Shown here: positions 53,488-64,000 of the stretch, piece after piece
Layout: each line of letters starts with the position of its first letter
Position numbering within the stretch: the first letter of the stretch is position 1
Origin: Ylistrum balloti
Lineage: Eukaryota
Direction: 5' to 3'
Assembly: GCF_031769215.1 (NCBI RefSeq)
Contig: NW_026781894.1
Coordinates: 1,612,001 to 1,676,000 of the forward strand
DNA: 64,000 nt
Translations under genes and position numbers: made by a program
Notes under the pieces: generated by a model
What the model saw: only the letters and a program-made list of their open reading frames with translations
The model's database searches: none
Told to the model about the DNA's origin: nothing

Positions 53488-56400
53488 CTGTAGGGGATGT
53501 CAACCTTGTGGGAATTAAGGTGGGCACAATGGGATGTGGAGACATCTCTAACAACTGTCCGATTGTCGTAGAGTCTCTTCGAGAATTATCATAATACGAC
53601 GTTGTCGTGTCTGTAGGACTCTCTCTTGCGGTGATTGAATTACTACCATCTGATATTGTTATGTCATCAAGATTGCCTGTTGTCGTGATGGAAGCAGTAT
53701 CATCAAATACTTTTGTGTCTACAGCTATCTCTGTAGTAGTGATGTATGGGGTATTGTCTGATGTAGTGTCTATGGGGCTGTCTGTTGTCGTGATGGATGT
53801 AGAACCTTCAGACATTGTTGTGTCTACAGCACTCTCTGTAGAAGTGATGTAAGAGGTGTTTTCTGATGTTGTGGTGTCTATGGGAATGTCTGTTGTCGTG
53901 ATGGAAGTGTCACCTTCAGATAATGTTGTATCTGCAGCACTCTCAGTAGTCGTTATGTATGGGACATTGTCTGATGTTGTAGTGTCTATGGGACTGTCCG
54001 TTGTGATGGAAGTATCACCTTCAGATAATGTTGTATCTGCAGCACTCTCAATAGTGGTTATATATGGGGTATTGTCCGATTTTGTAGTGTTTATGGGAGT
54101 GTCAGTTGTTATGGAAGTAGAACCTTCAGACATTGTTGTGTCTACAGTGCTCTGTGTAGTAGTGATGTAAGTGGTATTGTCTGATATTGTAGTGTATATG
54201 GGAATGTCTGTTGTGATGGAAGTATCACCTTCAGGTAATGTTGTATCTGCAGCACTCTCAGTAAGGGTTATGTTTGGGGTATTGTCTGATGTTGTAGTGT
54301 CTATGGGAATGTCTGTTGTTATGGAAGTAAAACCTTCCGACATTGTGGTGGCGACAATGCTCTCTGTAGTAATGATGTATGGGGTATTGCTTAATGTAGT
54401 GTATTTTGAACTGTCTGTTGTGATGGAAGTAGAACCTTCAGACATTGTTGTGTCTACAGCACTCTCTGTACTAGTGATGTATAAGGTATTATCCGATGTA
54501 GTGTCTATGGGACTGTCTGTTGTCGTAGTGGATGTAGATCCTTCAGACATAGTTGTGTCTACAGCACTCTCTGAAGTGGTTATGTATGGGGTATTGTCTG
54601 ATGTTGTAGTGTCTATGGAAGTGTCTGTTGTCGTGATTGAGGCAAAACTACCAGACATTGTGGTGGCGACTGTGCTCTCTATGGTAGTAATGTATGGGGT
54701 ATTGTCTGATGTAGTGTCTATTGAACTCTCTATTGTGATGGAACTAGTACCTTCAGATACTGTTGTGTCTACAGTGCTTTCTGTACTGGTTATATAAGTA
54801 GTATTGTCTGATGTTGTAGTGTCTATGCGACTGTCTGTTGTGATGGAAGTAGTACCTTCAGATACTGTTGTGTCTACAGCACTTTCTCTAGTGGTTATGT
54901 ATGGGATATTGTCTGATGTTGTAGTGTCTATGTGACTGTCTGTTGTGATGGAAGTAGTACCTTCAGATACTGTTGTATCTACAGTGCTCTGTGGGGTAGT
55001 GATGTAAGTGGTATTGTCTGACGTTTTAGTGTCTATGGGACTTTCTGTTGTCCTAATGGATGTAGAACCTTCATATACTGTTGTGGCTACAGTGCTGTCT
55101 GTAGTAGTGATGTATGGAGTATTATCTGATGTAGTGTCTATGGGACTGTCTGTTGTCGTAATGGATGTAGATCCTTCGGACATAGTTGTGTCTACAGCAC
55201 TCTCTGAAGTGGTTATGTATGGGGTATTGTCTGATGTTGTAGTGTCTATGGAAGTGTCTGTTGTCGTGATTGAGGCAGAACCACCAGACATTGTGGTGGC
55301 GACTGTGCTCTCTATGGTAGTAATGTATGGGGTATTGTTTGATGTAGTGTCTATTGAACTATCTATTGTGATGGAACTAGTACCTTCAGATACTGTTGTG
55401 TCTACAGTGCTTTCTGTAGTGGTTATAGTATTGTCTGATGTTGTAGTGTCTATGGGACTGTCTTTTGTCGTGATGGATGTAGAACCTTCAGACATTGTTG
55501 TGTCTACGGCACTCTCTGTACTAGTGATGTATGGGGTATTCTCTGATGTAATGTGTATGGGACTGTCTGTTGTTGTGGTGAATGTAGAACCTTCAGACAT
55601 TGTTGTGTCTACAGTGCTCCGTGTAGTAGTGATGTAAGTGATATTGTCTGATGTTTTAGTGTGTATGGGAATGTCTGTTGTCGTGATGGAAGTATCACCT
55701 TCAGATACTGTTGTATCTGCAGCACTCTCAGTAGTGCTTATGTATGGGGTATTGTCTGATGTTGTAGTGTCTATGGGGCTGTCTGTTGTGATGGAAGTAA
55801 AACCTTCAGACATTGTGGTTGCGACAATGCTCTCTGTAGTAATGATGTATGGGGTATTGCTTGATGTAGTGTATTTTGAACTGTCTGTTGTGATGGAAGT
55901 AGTACCTTCAGATACTGTTGTGTCTACAGTGCTCTCTGTAGTGGTTATATAGGGAGTATTGTCTAATGTTCTAGTGTCTACTTGACTGTCCGTTGTGATG
56001 GAAGTTGTACCTTCAGATACTGTTGTGGCTGCAGTTATCCCTGTAGTAGCGATGTATCGGGTATTGTCTGATGTAGTGTCTATGGAACTGTCTGTAGTCG
56101 TGATTGAAGTAGAACCATCAGGTAATGTTGTATCTGCAGTGCTCTCTGTAGAAGTGATGTAAGAGGTATTTTCTGTTGTTGTAGAGTGTATGGAACTGTC
56201 TGTTGTGATGGAAGTTTTATCATCAGATAATGTTGTATCCACAGTGCTCTCTATAGTGGTTATGTAAGAGGTATTGTCTGATGTTGTGGTGTCTATGGCA
56301 ATGTCTGTTGTTATGGAAGTAGAACCTTCAGAAATTGAGGTGGCGACAGTGCTCTCTGTAGTAGTGATGTATGGTGTATTGTCGGATGTAGTGTCTATGC

Positions 56401-59400
56401 GACTGTCTGTTGTGATGGAAGTAGTACCTTCAGATACTGTTGTGTCTACAGCACTTTCTCTAGTGGTTATGTATGGGATATTGTCTGATGTTGTAGTGTC
56501 TATGTGACTGTCTGTTGTGATGGAAGTAGTACCTTCAGATACTGTTGTATCTACAGTGCTCTGTGGGGTAGTGATGTAAGTGGTATTGTCTGACGTTTTA
56601 GTGTCTATGGGACTTTCTGTTGTCCTAATGGATGTAGAACCTTCATATACTGTTGTGGCTACAGTGCTGTCTGTAGTAGTGATGTATGGAGTATTATCTG
56701 ATGTAGTGTCTATGGGACTGTCTGTTGTCGTAATGGATGTAGATCCTTCGGACATAGTTGTGTCTACAGCACTCTCTGAAGTGGTTATGTATGGGGTATT
56801 GTCTGATGTTGTAGTGTCTATGGAAGTGTCTGTTGTCGTGATTGAGGCAGAACCACCAGACATTGTGGTGGCGACTGTGCTCTCTATGGTAGTAATGTAT
56901 GGGGTATTGTTTGATGTAGTGTCTATTGAACTATCTATTGTGATGGAACTAGTACCTTCAGATACTGTTGTGTCTACAGTGCTTTCTGTAGTGGTTATAG
57001 TATTGTCTGATGTTGTAGTGTCTATGGGACTGTCTTTTGTCGTGATGGATGTAGAACCTTCAGACATTGTTGTGTCTACGGCACTCTCTGTACTAGTGAT
57101 GTATGGGGTATTCTCTGATGTAATGTGTATGGGACTGTCTGTTGTTGTGGTGAATGTAGAACCTTCAGACATTGTTGTGTCTACAGTGCTCCGTGTAGTA
57201 GTGATGTAAGTGATATTGTCTGATGTTTTAGTGTGTATGGGAATGTCTGTTGTCGTGATGGAAGTATCACCTTCAGATACTGTTGTATCTGCAGCACTCT
57301 CAGTAGTGCTTATGTATGGGGTATTGTCTGATGTTGTAGTGTCTATGGGGCTGTCTGTTGTGATGGAAGTAAAACCTTCAGACATTGTGGTTGCGACAAT
57401 GCTCTCTGTAGTAATGATGTATGGGGTATTGCTTGATGTAGTGTATTTTGAACTGTCTGTTGTGATGGAAGTAGTACCTTCAGATACTGTTGTGTCTACA
57501 GTGCTCTCTGTAGTGGTTATATAGGGAGTATTGTCTAATGTTCTAGTGTCTACTTGACTGTCCGTTGTGATGGAAGTTGTACCTTCAGATACTGTTGTGG
57601 CTGCAGTTATCCCTGTAGTAGCGATGTATCGGGTATTGTCTGATGTAGTGTCTATGGAACTGTCTGTAGTCGTGATTGAAGTAGAACCATCAGGTAATGT
57701 TGTATCTGCAGTGCTCTCTGTAGAAGTGATGTAAGAGGTATTTTCTGTTGTTGTAGAGTGTATGGAACTGTCTGTTGTGATGGAAGTTTTATCATCAGAT
57801 AATGTTGTATCCACAGTGCTCTCTATAGTGGTTATGTAAGAGGTATTGTCTGATGTTGTGGTGTCTATGGCAATGTCTGTTGTTATGGAAGTAGAACCTT
57901 CAGAAATTGAGGTGGCGACAGTGCTCTCTGTAGTAGTGATGTATGGTGTATTGTCGGATGTAGTGTCTATGCGACTGTCTGTTGTGATGGAAGTAGTACC
58001 TTCAGATACTGTTGTGTCTACAGCACTTTCTCTAGTGGTTATGTATGGGATATTGTCTGATGTTGTAGTGTCTATGTGACTGTCTGTTGTGATGGAAGTA
58101 GTACCTTCAGATACTGTTGTATCTACAGTGCTCTGTGGGGTAGTGATGTAAGTGGTATTGTCTGACGTTTTAGTGTCTATGGGACTTTCTGTTGTCCTAA
58201 TGGATGTAGAACCTTCATATACTGTTGTGGCTACAGTGCTGTCTGTAGTAGTGATGTATGGAGTATTATCTGATGTAGTGTCTATGGGACTGTCTGTTGT
58301 CGTAATGGATGTAGATCCTTCGGACATAGTTGTGTCTACAGCACTCTCTGAAGTGGTTATGTATGGGGTATTGTCTGATGTTGTAGTGTCTATGGAAGTG
58401 TCTGTTGTCGTGATTGAGGCAGAACCACCAGACATTGTGGTGGCGACTGTGCTCTCTATGGTAGTAATGTATGGGGTATTGTTTGATGTAGTGTCTATTG
58501 AACTATCTATTGTGATGGAACTAGTACCTTCAGATACTGTTGTGTCTACAGTGCTTTCTGTAGTGGTTATAGTATTGTCTGATGTTGTAGTGTCTATGGG
58601 ACTGTCTTTTGTCGTGATGGATGTAGAACCTTCAGACATTGTTGTGTCTACGGCACTCTCTGTACTAGTGATGTATGGGGTATTCTCTGATGTAATGTGT
58701 ATGGGACTGTCTGTTGTTGTGGTGAATGTAGAACCTTCAGACATTGTTGTGTCTACAGTGCTCCGTGTAGTAGTGATGTAAGTGATATTGTCTGATGTTT
58801 TAGTGTGTATGGGAATGTCTGTTGTCGTGATGGAAGTATCACCTTCAGATACTGTTGTATCTGCAGCACTCTCAGTAGTGCTTATGTATGGGGTATTGTC
58901 TGATGTTGTAGTGTCTATGGGGCTGTCTGTTGTGATGGAAGTAAAACCTTCAGACATTGTGGTTGCGACAATGCTCTCTGTAGTAATGATGTATGGGGTA
59001 TTGCTTGATGTAGTGTATTTTGAACTGTCTGTTGTGATGGAAGTAGTACCTTCAGATACTGTTGTGTCTACAGTGCTCTCTGTAGTGGTTATATAGGGAG
59101 TATTGTCTAATGTTCTAGTGTCTACTTGACTGTCCGTTGTGATGGAAGTTGTACCTTCAGATACTGTTGTGGCTGCAGTTATCCCTGTAGTAGCGATGTA
59201 TCGGGTATTGTCTGATGTAGTGTCTATGGAACTGTCTGTAGTCGTGATTGAAGTAGAACCATCAGGTAATGTTGTATCTGCAGTGCTCTCTGTAGAAGTG
59301 ATGTAAGAGGTATTTTCTGTTGTTGTAGAGTGTATGGAACTGTCTGTTGTGATGGAAGTTTTATCATCAGATAATGTTGTATCCACAGTGCTCTCTATAG

Positions 59401-62400
59401 TGGTTATGTAAGAGGTATTGTCTGATGTTGTGGTGTCAATGTCTGTTGTTATCCACAGTGCTCTCTATAGTGGTTATGTAAGAGGTATGGCAATGTCTGT
59501 TGTTATGGAAGTAGAACCTTCAGAAATTGAGGTGGCGACAGTGCTCTCTGTAGTAGTGATGTATGGTGTATTGTCGGATGTAGTGTCTATGCGACTGTCT
59601 GTTGTGATGGAAGTAGTACCTTCAGATACTGTTGTGTCTACAGCACTTTCTCTAGTGGTTATGTATGGGATATTGTCTGATGTTGTAGTGTCTATGTGAC
59701 TGTCTGTTGTGATGGAAGTAGTACCTTCAGATACTGTTGTATCTACAGTGCTCTGTGGGGTAGTGATGTAAGTGGTATTGTCTGACGTTTTAGTGTCTAT
59801 GGGACTTTCTGTTGTCCTAATGGATGTAGAACCTTCATATACTGTTGTGGCTACAGTGCTGTCTGTAGTAGTGATGTATGGAGTATTATCTGATGTAGTG
59901 TCTATGGGACTGTCTGTTGTCGAAATGGATGTAGATCCTTCGGACATAGTTGTGTCTACAGCACTCTCTGAAGTGGTTATGTATGGGGTATTGTCTGATG
60001 TTGTAGTGTCTATGGAAGTGTCTGTTGTCGTGATTGAGGCAGAACCACCAGACATTGTGGTGGCGACTGTGCTCTCTATGGTAGTAATGTATGGGGTATT
60101 GTTTGATGTAGTGTCTATTGAACTATCTATTGTGATGGAACTAGTACCTTCAGATACTGTTGTGTCTACAGTGCTTTCTGTAGTGGTTATAGTATTGTCT
60201 GATGTTGTAGTGTCTATGGGACTGTCTTTTGTCGTGATGGATGTAGAACCTTCAGACATTGTTGTGTCTACGGCACTCTCTGTACTAGTGATGTATGGGG
60301 TATTCTCTGATGTAATGTGTATGGGACTGTCTGTTGTTGTGGTGAATGTAGAACCTTCAGACATTGTTGTGTCTACAGTGCTCCGTGTAGTAGTGATGTA
60401 AGTGATATTGTCTGATGTTTTAGTGTGTATGGGAATGTCTGTTGTCGTGATGGAAGTATCACCTTCAGATACTGTTGTATCTGCAGCACTCTCAGTAGTG
60501 CTTATGTATGGGGTATTGTCTGATGTTGTAGTGTCTATGGGGCTGTCTGTTGTGATGGAAGTAAAACCTTCAGACATTGTGGTTGCGACAATGCTCTCTG
60601 TAGTAATGATGTATGGGGTATTGCTTGATGTAGTGTATTTTGAACTGTCTGTTGTGATGGAAGTAGTACCTTCAGATACTGTTGTGTCTACAGTGCTCTC
60701 TGTAGTGGTTATATAGGGAGTATTGTCTAATGTTCTAGTGTCTACTTGACTGTCCGTTGTGATGGAAGTTGTACCTTCAGATACTGTTGTGGCTGCAGTT
60801 ATCCCTGTAGTAGCGATGTATCGGGTATTGTCTGATGTAGTGTCTATGGAACTGTCTGTAGTCGTGATTGAAGTAGAACCATCAGGTAATGTTGTATCTG
60901 CAGTGCTCTCTGTAGAAGTGATGTAAGAGGTATTTTCTGTTGTTGTAGAGTGTATGGAACTGTCTGTTGTGATGGAAGTTTTATCATCAGATAATGTTGT
61001 ATCCACAGTGCTCTCTATAGTGGTTATGTAAGAGGTATTGTCTGATGTTGTGGTGTCTATGGCAATGTCTGTTGTTATGGAAGTAGAACCTTCAGAAATT
61101 GAGGTGGCGACAGTGCTCTCTGTAGTAGTGATGTATGGTGTATTGTCGGATGTAGTGTCTATGCGACTGTCTGTTGTGATGGAAGTAGTACCTTCAGATA
61201 CTGTTGTGTCTACAGCACTTTCTCTAGTGGTTATGTATGGGATATTGTCTGATGTTGTAGTGTCTATGTGACTGTCTGTTGTGATGGAAGTAGTACCTTC
61301 AGATACTGTTGTATCTACAGTGCTCTGTGGGGTAGTGATGTAAGTGGTATTGTCTGACGTTTTAGTGTCTATGGGACTTTCTGTTGTCCTAATGGATGTA
61401 GAACCTTCATATACTGTTGTGGCTACAGTGCTGTCTGTAGTAGTGATGTATGGAGTATTATCTGATGTAGTGTCTATGGGACTGTCTGTTGTCGTAATGG
61501 ATGTAGATCCTTCGGACATAGTTGTGTCTACAGCACTCTCTGAAGTGGTTATGTATGGGGTATTGTCTGATGTTGTAGTGTCTATGGAAGTGTCTGTTGT
61601 CGTGATTGAGGCAGAACCACCAGACATTGTGGTGGCGACTGTGCTCTCTATGGTAGTAATGTATGGGGTATTGTTTGATGTAGTGTCTATTGAACTATCT
61701 ATTGTGATGGAACTAGTACCTTCAGATACTGTTGTGTCTACAGTGCTTTCTGTAGTGGTTATAGTATTGTCTGATGTTGTAGTGTCTATGGGACTGTCTT
61801 TTGTCGTGATGGATGTAGAACCTTCAGACATTGTTGTGTCTACGGCACTCTCTGTACTAGTGATGTATGGGGTATTCTCTGATGTAATGTGTATGGGACT
61901 GTCTGTTGTTGTGGTGCATGTAGAACCTTCAGACATTGTTGTGTCTACAGTGCTCCGTGTAGTAGTGATGTAAGTGATATTGTCTGATGTTTTAGTGTGT
62001 ATGGGAATGTCTGTTGTCGTGATGGAAGTATCACCTTCAGATACTGTTGTATCTGCAGCACTCTCAGTAGTGCTTATGTATGGGGTATTGTCTGATGTTG
62101 TAGTGTCTATGGGGCTGTCTGTTGTGATGGAAGTAAAACCTTCAGACATTGTGGTTGCGACAATGCTCTCTGTAGTAATGATGTATGGGGTATTGCTTGA
62201 TGTAGTGTATTTTGAACTGTCTGTTGTGATGGAAGTAGTACCTTCAGATACTGTTGTGTCTACAGTGCTCTCTGTAGTGGTTATATAGGGAGTATTGTCT
62301 AATGTTCTAGTGTCTACTTGACTGTCCGTTGTGATGGAAGTTGTACCTTCAGATACTGTTGTGGCTGCAGTTATCCCTGTAGTAGCGATGTATCGGGTAT

Positions 62401-64000
62401 TGTCTGATGTAGTGTCTATGGAACTGTCTGTAGTCGTGATTGAAGTAGAACCATCAGGTAATGTTGTATCTGCAGTGCTCTCTGTAGAAGTGATGTAAGA
62501 GGTATTTTCTGTTGTTGTAGAGTGTATGGAACTGTCTGTTGTGATGGAAGTTTTATCATCAGATAATGTTGTATCCACAGTGCTCTCTATAGTGGTTATG
62601 TAAGAGGTATTGTCTGATGTTGTGGTGTCTATGGCAATGTCTGTTGTTATGGAAGTAGAACCTTCAGAAATTGAGGTGGCGACAGTGCTCTCTGTAGTAG
62701 TGATGTATGGTGTATTGTCGGATGTAGTGTCTATGCGACTGTCTGTTGTGATGGAAGTAGTACCTTCAGATACTGTTGTGTCTACAGCACTTTCTCTAGT
62801 GGTTATGTATGGGATATTGTCTGATGTTGTAGTGTCTATGTGACTGTCTGTTGTGATGGAAGTAGTACCTTCAGATACTGTTGTATCTACAGTGCTCTGT
62901 GGGGTAGTGATGTAAGTGGTATTGTCTGACGTTTTAGTGTCTATGGGACTTTCTGTTGTCCTAATGGATGTAGAACCTTCATATACTGTTGTGGCTACAG
63001 TGCTGTCTGTAGTAGTGATGTATGGAGTATTATCTGATGTAGTGTCTATGGGACTGTCTGTTGTCGTAATGGATGTAGATCCTTCGGACATAGTTGTGTC
63101 TACAGCACTCTCTGAAGTGGTTATGTATGGGGTATTGTCTGATGTTGTAGTGTCTATGGAAGTGTCTGTTGTCGTGATTGAGGCAGAACCACCAGACATT
63201 GTGGTGGCGACTGTGCTCTCTATGGTAGTAATGTATGGGGTATTGTTTGATGTAGTGTCTATTGAACTATCTATTGTGATGGAACTAGTACCTTCAGATA
63301 CTGTTGTGTCTACAGTGCTTTCTGTAGTGGTTATAGTATTGTCTGATGTTGTAGTGTCTATGGGACTGTCTTTTGTCGTGATGGATGTAGAACCTTCAGA
63401 CATTGTTGTGTCTACGGCACTCTCTGTACTAGTGATGTATGGGGTATTCTCTGATGTAATGTGTATGGGACTGTCTGTTGTTGTGGTGAATGTAGAACCT
63501 TCAGACATTGTTGTGTCTACAGTGCTCCGTGTAGTAGTGATGTAAGTGATATTGTCTGATGTTTTAGTGTGTATGGGAATGTCTGTTGTCGTGATGGAAG
63601 TATCACCTTCAGATACTGTTGTATCTGCAGCACTCTCAGTAGTGCTTATGTATGGGGTATTGTCTGATGTTGTAGTGTCTATGGGGCTGTCTGTTGTGAT
63701 GGAAGTAAAACCTTCAGACATTGTGGTTGCGACAATGCTCTCTGTAGTAATGATGTATGGGGTATTGCTTGATGTAGTGTATTTTGAACTGTCTGTTGTG
63801 ATGGAAGTAGTACCTTCAGATACTGTTGTGTCTACAGTGCTCTCTGTAGTGGTTATATAGGGAGTATTGTCTAATGTTCTAGTGTCTACTTGACTGTCCG
63901 TTGTGATGGAAGTTGTACCTTCAGATACTGTTGTGGCTGCAGTTATCCCTGTAGTAGCGATGTATCGGGTATTGTCTGATGTAGTGTCTATGGAACTGTC
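53488..64000 (-). CDS. Giant Thr/Ser/Asp/Glu-rich mucin-like repeat exon (more than 10.5 kb, runs off the window), interrupted by stop codons at 59474-59476 and 59465-59467
   Basis: Frame is open from 64000 to 59477, and the same frame is open again from 59464 to the phase-1 donor ACA G|gtaaat at 53488/53487, which splices in phase to the SUEL exon. The 5' end and signal peptide are outside the window. Confidence 0.85.
54817..64000 (-). repeat. Coding higher-order repeat: 1572-bp (524-aa) unit made of 15 monomers of ~105 bp; ~5.8 near-identical copies in the window
   Basis: Shadow ORF starts at 55008, 56580, 58152, 59772, 61344, 62916 (spacing 1572 except one 1620). Fifteen SEG/SDD/PDG/SGG/YEG anchors per unit. 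Diverged non-HOR monomers at ~53640-54817. Confidence 0.97.

Noticed and set aside
53607-63860. Many plus-strand Val/Met/Ser-rich ORFs of 77-209 aa
   Set aside because: Antisense shadows of the Thr/Ser-rich mucin codons; they recur with the 1572-bp period and have no independent start context or splice logic.

Overview
AT-rich, intron-containing animal DNA. The repeat families and gene content suggest a bivalve mollusc, possibly an oyster (inference). Five protein-coding genes were reconstructed by hand with GT-AG sites and consistent intron phases. (1) A SOCS4/5-type SOCS gene (+): probable 10-nt first coding exon at 1067-1076, main exon 11606-13185. (2) TSNAX/TRAX (-, 4 exons, 301 aa). (3) An SLCO/OATP transporter (+) whose central exons (TM7-10 and Kazal loop) are absent where a ~3 kb 65-bp satellite sits. 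(4) ATG14/Barkor (+, 9 exons, 482 aa). (5) The 3' part of a giant secreted-type mucin-like protein (-): a Thr/Ser/Asp/Glu repeat exon with a three-tier repeat (17-18 aa half-unit, ~35-aa monomer, 524-aa/1572-bp higher-order unit), followed by SUEL-lectin, PAN/apple and C-type-lectin exons. The most notable non-obvious items are: a minimal type I hammerhead ribozyme in sense orientation in an SLCO intron (30676-30720); two near-perfect short copies of coding sequence inserted 2-4 kb from their source genes (SOCS, ATG14); a 48-bp templated insertion that puts stop codons into the mucin array; a minisatellite that multiplies an ATG14 splice donor; and a two-uORF leader on the SOCS gene. A truncated V-type SINE with a 14-bp TSD, MITEs and Helentron/HINE-like elements are also present. 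No rRNA, tRNA or CRISPR array was seen.
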